A DNA stretch of 34,656 nucleotides from a virus (taxonomy: Duplodnaviria > Caudoviricetes), in IMG/VR virus record IMGVR_UViG_3300037467_002124, positions 1 to 34,656 of that record; one strand, written 5' to 3'. The position numbers and the translations under genes are program-made. Of the stretch, positions 9,758-19,403 are shown one piece after another. Below the pieces are notes generated by a model. The model ran no database searches. It was not told the origin of the DNA and saw only the letters and a program-made list of their open reading frames with translations. Each line of letters starts with the position of its first letter. The stretch's first letter is position 1.

Positions 9758-9772
9758 GAAAATTTCCTCCTA

Positions 9773-10129
9773 TTAGATGTCAAGGACACCGTTATTGTGA
9801 TTTTGTGGGGTATAGACTTCAACTAATTTTTCATCGATTAGTTTTTGATTAACATTTACTTCATCAAGAAATACTGTACCAAGATACCGGTCATAGACAT
9901 CAGTGCCCTCAATTTCAACCGATACTTTTTTGTTTTCAATCAGTTGCGTTAGGTACGCTTTTGCTTTAAGACCAAGCGGCTTTTCTTTTCCTTTTGTTTC
10001 AGGAGCGTCAATACCTACGAGCCTAACGTCAACATTTTTGGTTAAGGTCACGTCAAAGAATTGATGACTTATTTCAATGTGTACGGTATCACCGTCAACT
10101 ACTTTTACGACTGTACCTTCATATTTCAT
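9773..10129 (-). CDS. Thermonuclease (SNase family), no signal peptide
   Basis: VVDGDTV, VRLVGIDAPE, DVYDRYLG. Confidence 0.88.
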   Translation of the reverse strand: MKYEGTVVKVVDGDTVHIEISHQFFDVTLTKNVDVRLVGIDAPETKGKEKPLGLKAKAYLTQLIENKKVSVEIEGTDVYDRYLGTVFLDEVNVNQKLIDEKLVEVYTPQNHNNGVLDI

Positions 10130-10486
10130 TTAATTTTCCTCATTCTTTAGTGTAAAGTTATGATGTTGGAATGCTATGCCTTCGCTTACCTTATCTTTTA
10201 AGAAACCGAAATCATTATCTTTTAAAACTTGATATAAAACGCGACCAACCCGGCTAATTACTTCTTCGTCTTGTTCATCAAATTCAGCCTCATTGAAGAT
10301 GGCATGTGTTAATTCGTGCACAAATACTTCCTTTTTACGCTCATTAGATAAACTATCAAGCACTTGAATTTCAGTGTCATTGTAAGAGCACAATCCTAAA
10401 TAGTTTTTATTATGAGCGATTTCAATAAAAGTCTTTTCTTTTACACTGTAATGAACGCCGGCAACATTTACTTTTTTAGGAATCAT
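10130..10486 (-). CDS. HExxH metallopeptidase-like phage protein (ImmA/IrrE-like)
   Basis: VHELTHAIF; GAGGTG RBS before ATG 10486. Confidence 0.75.
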   Translation of the reverse strand: MIPKKVNVAGVHYSVKEKTFIEIAHNKNYLGLCSYNDTEIQVLDSLSNERKKEVFVHELTHAIFNEAEFDEQDEEVISRVGRVLYQVLKDNDFGFLKDKVSEGIAFQHHNFTLKNEEN

Positions 10487-10499
10487 ATTTAGCACCTCA

Positions 10500-10955
10500 T
10501 TAGTTATTTTCATAGATTTCAGTTTGCAATTGATACCCTTCAAGTTCCCACAGCTTATTTTCAATACGCTTTAAGCAGATTTGCGCGCCTATTTTTTCAT
10601 CATAGTTTTTTGGATCAACGCAAGCAGAACTTTCAGTAAGCACAAACCCGTTAGGGAGTTGAACACTTACGATTGTGCATTTGTCATATACTTGTTTAAT
10701 AGTAACCTTTGAGTTTTGCAAGATTTCATTGATGTGTTCTTGCGTAATACTGTTATTGACGATAGTTTGAATATACTTTTTATCTTTCTTTTCAATGTTG
10801 CGCTGTATGAAATAAATGACAGCACCGACTGCAATCTCTGTTATACCGTTGTAAAAATATTTCATATGACCGGTTGCGATGGTTGACACTATATCAAAAA
10901 TAGCAAACACCGCACAAATAGCTATAACAACTCTTGTAAATTTATCATTAATCAA
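10500..10955 (-). CDS. Phage Gp49/Gp66-family domain with two predicted N-terminal TM helices
   Basis: LPNGFVLTESSACVDPKNYDEKIG...KLWELEGYQLQ; AGGAGTGG RBS before TTG 10955. Confidence 0.8.
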   Translation of the reverse strand: MINDKFTRVVIAICAVFAIFDIVSTIATGHMKYFYNGITEIAVGAVIYFIQRNIEKKDKKYIQTIVNNSITQEHINEILQNSKVTIKQVYDKCTIVSVQLPNGFVLTESSACVDPKNYDEKIGAQICLKRIENKLWELEGYQLQTEIYENN

Positions 10956-13083
10956 GATTAAACCACTCCTTAATTGATTTCCCTTCACCCCAGCGAAGTG
11001 ACAGTTCAATATCAGTTTTATTTGGAACTTTTAGTTTCACTGTTTCAAGAAAAACACGTTCAAACGCGCGTACATCATCGATTGTTAAATCACGGTTAGC
11101 ATAAACCCCGACTTCATCATGTACGGACAGCGCCATTTGCCAACCTTTTTCTTTACACAGATTGTTGAGCGCTATCATAGTAAGTTTTGTTTGGATTGCC
11201 GCACTTCCTTGAATAATAGCGTTTGTACATTGACGTTCAGCACGGAGCCGTTCCCATTTATCACTTGATTGGATATCCGGTAACCTGCGTTTGCGCCCGC
11301 CGAGCATTTCAACATAGCCGTATTTTTTTGCGAAATCAACGTTACCGTCAATAAACGCTTTGACACGAGCATACTTTTTATAGAACTGCTCAATGAAGTT
11401 TTCAGCCTCATTTTTTGATATGTTCAGCTGTTCAGATAGTGTTTGCGGGCTTGTACCGTACATTACCGCAAGGATACCCATTTTCATCATTTTACGGTAA
11501 ATAGAACCGTCTAAACATTCACTAATTGGCTTGTTGAATACTTCACTTGCTGATTTACTATACAAATCCTCACCGTTAATATAACTGTCAATTAGACTTT
11601 GTTCACCTGAAAAATGTGCTAGCAGACGTGGTTCCTGTTGGGAGAAGTCTCCGCTTAAAAGAACCATATTTTCAGGGGCGATAAATAACTTTCGTGCATA
11701 TTTCGGTTGGTTTTGCAGGTTTGGATTGTTTGATGAGAACCTACCGGTTTTTGCGCCTACTTGGTTAAATGAACCGTGGACACGCCCATCAGGTTTAATT
11801 TGCTTTGGAAGTGTATCAACGTATGTGCCGTAAAGTTTCATCGATTCTTTATAATCAAGAATTTCAGATACAACCGGTATTTTATTTTTGAGCAACTTTA
11901 ACGCCTTTTTATCAGTAGACTCAATTTTATGACCGGCAAGAGATTCAAGTGCTGGCTTTAACTGCGTTGGTGAGTTTAGATTAATACCGGGCAAAGTAGA
12001 TTCTATGTTGTTTTTATGCGTTTCAATTTTCACTTCGAGCTCTTTGCCAAGTTTCACCGCATATTCCGTATCAATAACGAACCCTGCTTTTTCCATTTCA
12101 ACAACCACTTCAATTAAAGGGTTTTCAACCTTTTCATATACATTTAAAAGGCGTGGTTGACCTTTAAGATGTTTTAATTGAAATTGATAGAGTTTCCATG
12201 TTAAATGCGTATCTTTTGCCGCATACACTAAAGCAATATCAAGTGGGACGGTGGAGAAAATGGTGTTTTTACCAAACAAGGTGTCAAACGTATCACTTGG
12301 TTCTTTTAGATACTTCGTTGCTAAATCTTTTAAACGATAACTGTTTTCATTTTCGTTTAAGATGTGCATAGCAATTTGTGTGTCATGGACAAGCCCTTGA
12401 AGTTTTATCGAAACATCTTTATCATAATAGAGCATATGAATATCAAAGCGGGCGTTGTGTAATACCTTTTTAATAGCCGGGTTTTCAAGAACCGGTTTTA
12501 GTTTACGTAAAATAAACACCCTTGCAAGATCAGATAATCCCGGTGAAAGCGTGAGCGGCGTTGCTGCGTCGTGACCATACGGAATATATACGTGCTTGTC
12601 AATGCTTGGAAGCGTAAAGCTCATACCAACCGTGTTGTCCTCGAAATAATCAAGCCCGGTTGTTTCCGTATCGACTGCTATAATAGTTTCATTGTTTAGC
12701 TCAACAATTAACGTTTCAAGTTTTTCGAGTGTATCGATTAATACGTAATTTGCCGGCGTGTTATCAACCATATCTTTTAGAACGGTATCACGCTTACGGT
12801 ATTCAAGTTCACGCCAAATGGATAAGACTTCAGCCTTTGAAAACTTTTTGCCTACCTTATCAGGTGAACGCCCGATAACGTCACTATCCATTGCCTCTTT
12901 TACTTCAAGAATTCGCTGTGTTTCAATAGACGAGTTATTCATAGCAAATATACGTTTCCACGCCTCTTTCATTGTTTCAGAGCCGGCTTTAATATCGTCT
13001 TGTGCTTTTTGTATGCGATTAATGGCTGCTTGTTTATTTTTATTGGCGTTTAAGTTTAATGATAAAGATGGTTTGCCCTGCAT
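10948..13083 (-). CDS. Family A DNA polymerase with 3'-5' exonuclease
   Basis: DTETTG, HNARFD, YAAKD exonuclease motifs; TGRFSS, DFSQQEPR, KMGILAVMYG, VHDE polymerase motifs. Confidence 0.96.
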   Translation of the reverse strand: MQGKPSLSLNLNANKNKQAAINRIQKAQDDIKAGSETMKEAWKRIFAMNNSSIETQRILEVKEAMDSDVIGRSPDKVGKKFSKAEVLSIWRELEYRKRDTVLKDMVDNTPANYVLIDTLEKLETLIVELNNETIIAVDTETTGLDYFEDNTVGMSFTLPSIDKHVYIPYGHDAATPLTLSPGLSDLARVFILRKLKPVLENPAIKKVLHNARFDIHMLYYDKDVSIKLQGLVHDTQIAMHILNENENSYRLKDLATKYLKEPSDTFDTLFGKNTIFSTVPLDIALVYAAKDTHLTWKLYQFQLKHLKGQPRLLNVYEKVENPLIEVVVEMEKAGFVIDTEYAVKLGKELEVKIETHKNNIESTLPGINLNSPTQLKPALESLAGHKIESTDKKALKLLKNKIPVVSEILDYKESMKLYGTYVDTLPKQIKPDGRVHGSFNQVGAKTGRFSSNNPNLQNQPKYARKLFIAPENMVLLSGDFSQQEPRLLAHFSGEQSLIDSYINGEDLYSKSASEVFNKPISECLDGSIYRKMMKMGILAVMYGTSPQTLSEQLNISKNEAENFIEQFYKKYARVKAFIDGNVDFAKKYGYVEMLGGRKRRLPDIQSSDKWERLRAERQCTNAIIQGSAAIQTKLTMIALNNLCKEKGWQMALSVHDEVGVYANRDLTIDDVRAFERVFLETVKLKVPNKTDIELSLRWGEGKSIKEWFNLD

Positions 13084-13093
13084 ACGTACACCC

Positions 13094-13456
13094 CTATTTC
13101 AGATATTGCCATTTCTTTTTGGCACGCGTTAAATCTTTCGACCAGTATTCTTTTTGTTCTTTATTTTCAATTGCGAACACGTGTTTGTCATTTAATACGG
13201 CGATAATCAACTGCGCCTCATCGAATGTGTAAGCGCTGCCGTCACTTTTTTTGCTGAATACGACAAGTGCATTATCACGGTCAGAACGTACGTGTACGGT
13301 TTTAATTTGCGCCCTTTGAAAAATACCATCTTTTTCGATTAATATATCGTGGTGTTCCGTTGTTTGCGGTTCATAGACGGTAAACCCTGCGCGCATTAGT
13401 TTTGCTTGTGCGACTAATTCACTTGTACGACCAATTTTCTCTGTTTCAGTTGCCAT
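13094..13456 (-). CDS. Small PD-(D/E)XK endonuclease
   Basis: GRTSE...GFTVYEP...HDIL...QIKT; start at MATETEK after a GGGGG RBS. Confidence 0.75.
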   Translation of the reverse strand: MATETEKIGRTSELVAQAKLMRAGFTVYEPQTTEHHDILIEKDGIFQRAQIKTVHVRSDRDNALVVFSKKSDGSAYTFDEAQLIIAVLNDKHVFAIENKEQKEYWSKDLTRAKKKWQYLK

Positions 13457-13502
13457 TATAGAATTGCCCCCTAGTGTATTTTTGAAAGCGAGGAGTACGA
13501 AA

Positions 13503-14195
13503 TTAAAAATCGTACTCGTCACTATCAGATGATGTTTGTGGTGCTAACCCAATACGTGATAAATCAAAGCCAATTTTTTGTAGGTCTTCAATTTGTTCAG
13601 CCTCAGATTTCACATACAATAAGTCAAAAATTTCATCAGCAATAACTGCTTCTTCGGAGTTTTTCCAATGCTTTCTTTCGTCTTTTGTCATATCATCAAT
13701 GTCAACAACCGGTGAAACAGATAGTGTAGTAGATTGCCCTTGCCCGTTTTTTGAAAGTTCAAATGGTAGGGTAGATAATTTTTTGCCGTATTTTTTAATT
13801 GCCTCAATAATGATTTTCGCTTGATTTTTCGTCACATCAACGACAGCCGGTTGACCGGTTGATAAATCAATGAATGCGATCAGGTATCGCTGCTTTGGAC
13901 GTAATTGACTGGCAAGCTGGCGAATTTCCTCTGATTTCTTTTCATCAGTTTCAGCGTTTGCGTCATCATAAAGAACTTTTGTTGCTTTGTCATACAAGTT
14001 ACCGTCAAGAACCGGTGTAGTGGTAATTTTACCGAAAATGCTAACGGCGTCATAACGGACATAATCCTCTGCCCCGCAAAAGCGGACCGTTAACGTTGTA
14101 CCTGATTTGAATTTCACAAGTGCCTTTGAGAAATCCTGTTTGTCTTTTAGTGCGTCATTTGCGGCTTGTTCACCGCGAGATTTAATATAACTCAC
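13503..14195 (-). CDS. Putative phage single-stranded DNA-binding protein
   Basis: Position upstream of the polymerase; acidic tail ending SSDSDEYDF. Confidence 0.65.
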   Translation of the reverse strand: MSYIKSRGEQAANDALKDKQDFSKALVKFKSGTTLTVRFCGAEDYVRYDAVSIFGKITTTPVLDGNLYDKATKVLYDDANAETDEKKSEEIRQLASQLRPKQRYLIAFIDLSTGQPAVVDVTKNQAKIIIEAIKKYGKKLSTLPFELSKNGQGQSTTLSVSPVVDIDDMTKDERKHWKNSEEAVIADEIFDLLYVKSEAEQIEDLQKIGFDLSRIGLAPQTSSDSDEYDF

Positions 14196-14310
14196 ATAAT
14201 CACCTCATAAGATTATTAGGGTTTCACGTACCCTAGAAGTACCCATTTGTGTTGCAGCACGGTGCGGTAAAGGAGAAAGAAACCCGCTAATGGATACCTT
14301 TAGCGTAAGT

Positions 14311-14333
14311 GAAAAGGGCGATAAGCCCCTTTC
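14311..14333 (-). terminator. Hairpin terminator after mazF
   Basis: GAAAGGGGC-TTATC-GCCCTTTTC on the - strand immediately after the stop. Confidence 0.6.
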
Positions 14334-14334
14334 T

Positions 14335-14727
14335 TTATAAACCTAAACTTACACGAATGGCTGCGTTAATTTTTTGCATAATTTCATCACTTTCATTAAA
14401 TGTTCCGATGTACTCATACAGTCTTGTTTTATCAATAGTTTCAATTTGCTCTAAAAATATTTCACTATCTTCAAGCAAACCGCCTGCACCTTTAGCAACT
14501 TTCACGTGCATAGGATAATCACGCTTTTTTGGTTTGGTTGATATGACCGCGACAATCGTTGTAGGAGAAAATAAGTTGCCGGTATCATTTTGAATTATCA
14601 CAACGGGGCGGTCTTTTGTTTGTTCCGACCCAATACCTTCTTTTAAGTGGCATTTATATACTTCACCGCGTAGAACTTGTTTTATATCCATTACTTTTTT
14701 ACCGATTACTTCTTTTACCAAAGTCAT
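14335..14727 (-). CDS. mazF: MazF/PemK (EndoA-like) endoribonuclease; no adjacent antitoxin
   Basis: RGEVY, GSEQ..RPVVIIQND.GN.FSPT.IVA, LEQIETIDK.RL closely follow the B. subtilis EndoA pattern. Confidence 0.9.
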   Translation of the reverse strand: MTLVKEVIGKKVMDIKQVLRGEVYKCHLKEGIGSEQTKDRPVVIIQNDTGNLFSPTTIVAVISTKPKKRDYPMHVKVAKGAGGLLEDSEIFLEQIETIDKTRLYEYIGTFNESDEIMQKINAAIRVSLGL

Positions 14728-14829
14728 TTTAAAAACCCCTTATTTTTATCTAATTTGATTTTTGTGTTGATTTTTGTTAACATAAGTGTATGAAATAGTT
14801 AAAAAGCGCATATAATAACGATAAAGGTA

Positions 14830-15474
14830 TTATTTTAAATAACGCTTTTTGTCACCGAAAACTTTACTATCATAATGTTTTTCAAGCCTTTTTAACTTTC
14901 GCATAACTGTTGTTCTGTCGATGTTTAATTCATTGGCGATTTCGGTATATGTTCCCTTGTTTTTACTAACCCATAATTCTACTATTTGCTTGGTAGTTTT
15001 ATCATTTGTTTTATTTACGAGGTAGGTGATAAGTTGCAGCTTATCATCTACGAATGTTTTTGGTTCAAATATTTGTGTTTCGACCGGTTTGTAATCGTCA
15101 GCTTGCAGGCTAACATTACTCATAATGTACGTGTCAAAATCGACACCGCTTTCGCGTTCACTTTCGTTTTCATCAATATAAACTTCTTGCGAATATCTCT
15201 TTTTGTTTTTTTCATATAAATCAGCCCGTGCGTTTTTCAGCGACATTGATAATAGGTTTACGAAATTGCCGCCTTTAAATTTAAGTAAACATTCAAGTAG
15301 TTTGTCCTCGTACAATGCTTGAATTTCCCATTTATCACTTGCGACGCTTTGTGCAATGATATTAAACTGGTATTTCCAATGTTTCATATACTCATGATGT
15401 ATTTTGTTAAAAATGCTTTCATCATTACTTTTTACATACTGGTTTGCGAGACTGTTGATTTTACTAGAGTCCAA
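14830..15474 (-). CDS. Phage sigma70-family (ECF-like) sigma factor
   Basis: Region-2-like N-terminus (QALYEDKLLECLLKF..NFVNLLSMSLKNARADLY) and C-terminal HTH (TYTEIANELNIDRTTVMRKL). Confidence 0.7.
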   Translation of the reverse strand: MDSSKINSLANQYVKSNDESIFNKIHHEYMKHWKYQFNIIAQSVASDKWEIQALYEDKLLECLLKFKGGNFVNLLSMSLKNARADLYEKNKKRYSQEVYIDENESERESGVDFDTYIMSNVSLQADDYKPVETQIFEPKTFVDDKLQLITYLVNKTNDKTTKQIVELWVSKNKGTYTEIANELNIDRTTVMRKLKRLEKHYDSKVFGDKKRYLK

Positions 15475-15496
15475 TTATTTTCACCTTTTTCATATT

Positions 15497-15525
15497 ATTT
15501 AACGACCAAACTGGGTTTTCGTGCA
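15497..15525 (-). promoter_or_regulatory. Putative phage-sigma promoter TGCAC-N16-CGTTAAAT upstream of the sigma gene
   Basis: Exact motif match just upstream of the RBS. Confidence 0.75.
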
Positions 15526-15671
15526 GTATTTTTCCGTAAAATTTATATTTTTCACCGTTTTTATGTACCGTTTTGATTGTTATACTAATATTATATAGTA
15601 TAAAAATAGAGCAAACAATACATTTTTGGGTAAATTTTATATTTTTTCCGAATTTATTTTGGGCGGGTGGA

Positions 15672-16640
15672 TTACCCGCGCCATAGTTTGCGCTGTACCG
15701 GAATAGCGCCATTCACGCAATTGCGTAGCAATTCGGGATCACGCGCCTCATTTACATCTTTATACGGGTGCGGAACGTATGCGTGTGATATTGATAGATA
15801 CGTATTTAACTTTTTGTTGATTTGTTTACGAATGTTTAAACCTACGTTATCATTGTCAGTCATTACGATTAAGTTTTTGATAGGACTTTTGATTAGTAGA
15901 TTCACTTTGTCATTACTTACGCTACTACCTCCTAGAGCAATTGCCGGCATACCAGCGGTTAGTAGAGTTAACGCGTCAATTTCGCTTTCGACTAAAGCGG
16001 CTGTATCAATGTTGTTTGCGTAGATATAGTCAATACCGTATAGCAGTTGTTGGATGGGCGTGCCGCCTTTTTCATAATAGAATAACTTGCCGTCAGTACG
16101 GCGATATTTTACATTACGAAGTATGTTATTTGCGTCATACCACGGTAAGATAACGCTATTAGTAGACTCATTATAGCCCGTTTTAAAAAGTGTTTGCACG
16201 TCATCACTTATACCCCGGTTGCGCAGGTAATCACATGGATTTTGATAGTTTGCTATAATTTTTGGGTCAATGGTTAATTTATTACTATCAACGTTAAAAA
16301 CAGGCATTTTTAATCTAACTTCACCGGTATAAAACTCACTTCCGTATGTTTCATAGAGGTAATTTTCGGTTTCATCATAGGTTAACCCGTTTAAAAAAGA
16401 TAATAGTTTAATAAAATTACCGGATTTGTATTCACCTTCACCGCCACTATCAGACCAAGTTCCTTCCGGCACATCACCGAAAGGTTCAAGGCGTACAAAA
16501 AACGATGGGTGGTCATCAGAGCGAAGTGGTGAACAGCTGATAAGTTTATCATCAGACCAACGGGCTTTACGGAACTGGTGTTCATAGGGTTCAATTTCAC
16601 GCTTGATGTCGACTAGAACCTTTTTGCCTTTTAAATACAT
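15672..16640 (-). CDS. DNA primase (TOPRIM)
   Basis: CSPLRSDDHPSF, YLRNRGI, LVESEIDAL, MTDND, KDVNE. Confidence 0.9.
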   Translation of the reverse strand: MYLKGKKVLVDIKREIEPYEHQFRKARWSDDKLISCSPLRSDDHPSFFVRLEPFGDVPEGTWSDSGGEGEYKSGNFIKLLSFLNGLTYDETENYLYETYGSEFYTGEVRLKMPVFNVDSNKLTIDPKIIANYQNPCDYLRNRGISDDVQTLFKTGYNESTNSVILPWYDANNILRNVKYRRTDGKLFYYEKGGTPIQQLLYGIDYIYANNIDTAALVESEIDALTLLTAGMPAIALGGSSVSNDKVNLLIKSPIKNLIVMTDNDNVGLNIRKQINKKLNTYLSISHAYVPHPYKDVNEARDPELLRNCVNGAIPVQRKLWRG

Positions 16641-16927
16641 TCAAATGCCCCCGTTATGATAATTAGCCGCTGCGTTTGTAAATATGCTTCAATTTGCTCG
16701 TAGAGTTTTAATATGACAAGCGGCTCATTTTGTTTTACTTTTATTTTAAGGTCTTTATTGGTTGTTACCCGAAACGATGATGAAAAATCTTGTTCTTTTC
16801 GGTGGAACAGCCCTTCAATAAAATAACCATCTTCAAATTTCGATACCCACAGTAGCTCAAATTCACCTTCACCGGAAATGATATCTTCATATAAACCTTG
16901 CATTATAGCTTCTTTATATTTGTTCAT
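16631..16927 (-). CDS. Hypothetical protein
   Basis: Overlapping operon gene. Confidence 0.65.
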   Translation of the reverse strand: MNKYKEAIMQGLYEDIISGEGEFELLWVSKFEDGYFIEGLFHRKEQDFSSSFRVTTNKDLKIKVKQNEPLVILKLYEQIEAYLQTQRLIIITGAFECI

Positions 16928-17379
16928 ACACTAAAAACCTCAATAACCGGATATTGCTCAAAATCAACATAAAATTCGGTTGTCGGCAGACTTTGTGTTA
17001 GTTCATAGGTTACCCACTGGTGCGCGTTAAACAATGTTTCATAAGAGAATAACCTAAGTCCTATCATTTGACCCGGTTTTGGTAGTTCTTTTAATAGATT
17101 AAATGCTTTTGCTGTTTGAATTATATAATTTGGACGGTTGCCTTCATACCGAATACCCCGCACTACCTGACCAATAACTGCCGGATATACATACATATCT
17201 AAATGCGGATGATACCAGTACCGGTTATAACTGGATGTGTTTGGCTGCAAATAACTTCGAACCGTACTTAACTCTTCATCATCACGGCATATGAGGTAGG
17301 CATATATTTTCTTTTCATCATCGAATAGATTTTCAAGCCGTTTTGACTTATATATTTTTTCGAGTTGTTTTAACATCAA
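16924..17379 (-). CDS. Hypothetical protein
   Basis: GAGGAGG RBS; overlaps the helicase stop. Confidence 0.7.
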   Translation of the reverse strand: MMLKQLEKIYKSKRLENLFDDEKKIYAYLICRDDEELSTVRSYLQPNTSSYNRYWYHPHLDMYVYPAVIGQVVRGIRYEGNRPNYIIQTAKAFNLLKELPKPGQMIGLRLFSYETLFNAHQWVTYELTQSLPTTEFYVDFEQYPVIEVFSV

Positions 17380-18725
17380 AAAACCTCCTCATAATTTGCC
17401 GCTTGCGATTCGCTTGGCTTTAACTCACGCACTAAACCGTAACTTGGAAGGAATAGTACGTCAATGGTTTGTTCACCGCCGGCACGCGCCTTTTGTATTT
17501 CAAGGATACCGCGCCCGTCACCCGTATCAAGTGCGATTACGACAGCGCTATCTTCTAAAATTTGCTTTGACTTTTTCATTTCAGAACGTGTTGGGATTTT
17601 TAGTTCACGTTTAACCCCTTGCTCACGGTCTTTTGTTTGGTTTTTATCTTCTTCTGCCTGTGTGATAACAAGCAATACTACCCCATAGCGCCCGCAAAGA
17701 CGGCGAAGCCTTTTACTTGTTTCAGCCACGTTGCCCCCTGCTGTCATAGAGTCATTACGTTCAAAGTCCATTAGGTAGATAGGATCAATGACGATGAAAT
17801 CAGGGTTAAGCGTTAGAATGTCACGTTCAATTTCATTCACATCAATACGGTTTAAGTCATCATCATCAATAGCACGGATGGTAATTTCACCGGAAATGTG
17901 TTCATTGATAGTTTTCAGGAAGTCTTCGAACGCGCCTTCAAATTCATCATCAAGTTTACCGGTTAAAAGGGAACGCTGTTCAAACCCTGCATCAATTTCA
18001 CTTGCCCCGATGTTAAGGCGCATAATGCCTTGACGTGCTGAAACGGATGAGAAAATACGCGTTTGAATTTCATATTGCGGCATTTCAAGCGCATAATATA
18101 GAACACGTGCGCCTTGCTGTGCTGCCTCGATTGCCTCTTCAAGCGCAAAGACTGATTTACCGCGCCCACTGCGCCCATAAAGTGCGAACATATTACCCGA
18201 TGAATAACCGCCTGCTACTTCATTGACGCTTGGGAAATGAGAGCGCCATACTTTAAAACTTTTACCTGCTTTGCGGCGTTTATATTCAGCAAGATACGTT
18301 TCCGTGTCCTGTTTGATATTAGAACCTACTTTTGTGCGAACGTCAGTTCCTTTTTTGATTTTATCGCTTTCGCTAATCAGCCAGTCAATGAAATCAAAAC
18401 CGGAGTGGGTATCAAACATTTCAGTAGCCTTTTTTTCAAGAAGCTGTGCCATTTGAATTTTAGCCGATTGACTTTTGAGTTCACGCGTTAGGTATTCATA
18501 ACTATCTTGTGTATTTGGAATGTAGGTAAATTCACATTCATTTAATACTACATTAATAGATGGTGTTTGGTTGTGGTTACTTTCAGCGTAACCCATTAAG
18601 AAGTCGAATGCTTGGCGCTCTTGTTTGGTATGAAAATCATTTCTGGTAACGCCGAAACGTTTTAATGCCAGTACATCATTATTGTCGATGACTTTACTTA
18701 AAAGAAGTTCACCATAGTTTGCCAA
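17376..18725 (-). CDS. DnaB-like replicative helicase
   Basis: GRSGRGKS Walker A, ALEMP, IVIDPIYLM, ITQ, KAR. Confidence 0.92.
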   Translation of the reverse strand: MANYGELLLSKVIDNNDVLALKRFGVTRNDFHTKQERQAFDFLMGYAESNHNQTPSINVVLNECEFTYIPNTQDSYEYLTRELKSQSAKIQMAQLLEKKATEMFDTHSGFDFIDWLISESDKIKKGTDVRTKVGSNIKQDTETYLAEYKRRKAGKSFKVWRSHFPSVNEVAGGYSSGNMFALYGRSGRGKSVFALEEAIEAAQQGARVLYYALEMPQYEIQTRIFSSVSARQGIMRLNIGASEIDAGFEQRSLLTGKLDDEFEGAFEDFLKTINEHISGEITIRAIDDDDLNRIDVNEIERDILTLNPDFIVIDPIYLMDFERNDSMTAGGNVAETSKRLRRLCGRYGVVLLVITQAEEDKNQTKDREQGVKRELKIPTRSEMKKSKQILEDSAVVIALDTGDGRGILEIQKARAGGEQTIDVLFLPSYGLVRELKPSESQAANYEEVF

Positions 18726-18728
18726 CGA

Positions 18729-19403
18729 TTATTCCCCCTCAATTTCACTGTCACGATAAATAAAGTATTTATCAAGGTTAGTAGATTTTTGCCCGCGTTT
18801 TAATTTTTTTAATATATCAGCTGCGGATGATTTATAGTGTTCATCACCGGTTAAGTTGTGCAGTTGGATTAGTTGGTTGTACGCGTCAAGCATATTATCT
18901 ATTTTTTGCTTGTCCGATTTGGCTACTTTTTTGCCTTTATATTGCTTTTTGAACTTATCAGCATCTTCTTCGATGGCAAGTAGTATTAGGCTGTTTTGTG
19001 GAACATTTTTTGTTTTTCCTTCAAGTAACGAATGAATAGTGTAATAGATTTCAGTTTTGCTTGTTTCATCACTATAAAAGGTTGTAATAAACTGGTAAGA
19101 TTCAACGGTGTATGGTTCATTACCGAAACTAACAATGTCACCAAATGAAAAATGCTGCTCAATTTCAACGCTCATACGAAGATAGTTTTCATCATCGATT
19201 TCATCGAAAATATCAAAGTTTTCATCATAATATTCAAGTGTATTTTCAGGAAATACAATGTCGTGAATACCAAGCAGTGCATACCCATAAACACCGGATT
19301 CAATTTCAAAAACGCCTTGTACAACTTCATCAGGGTAAAGGACTTCACCTGTTTTAGGATTTGTGACATATACGTGGTCACCGATTGAATAGCGTGGTTT
19401 CAT
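18729..19403 (-). CDS. Hypothetical protein with two SH3-like repeats and a helical C-terminus
   Basis: YSIGDHV and FSFGDIV repeats; KIDNMLDAYN. Confidence 0.7.
   Translation of the reverse strand: MKPRYSIGDHVYVTNPKTGEVLYPDEVVQGVFEIESGVYGYALLGIHDIVFPENTLEYYDENFDIFDEIDDENYLRMSVEIEQHFSFGDIVSFGNEPYTVESYQFITTFYSDETSKTEIYYTIHSLLEGKTKNVPQNSLILLAIEEDADKFKKQYKGKKVAKSDKQKIDNMLDAYNQLIQLHNLTGDEHYKSSAADILKKLKRGQKSTNLDKYFIYRDSEIEGE

Noticed and set aside
5315-13083. Introns or inteins in nrdJ or the polymerase
   Set aside because: Both frames are continuous, of normal length, with no intein motifs seen.
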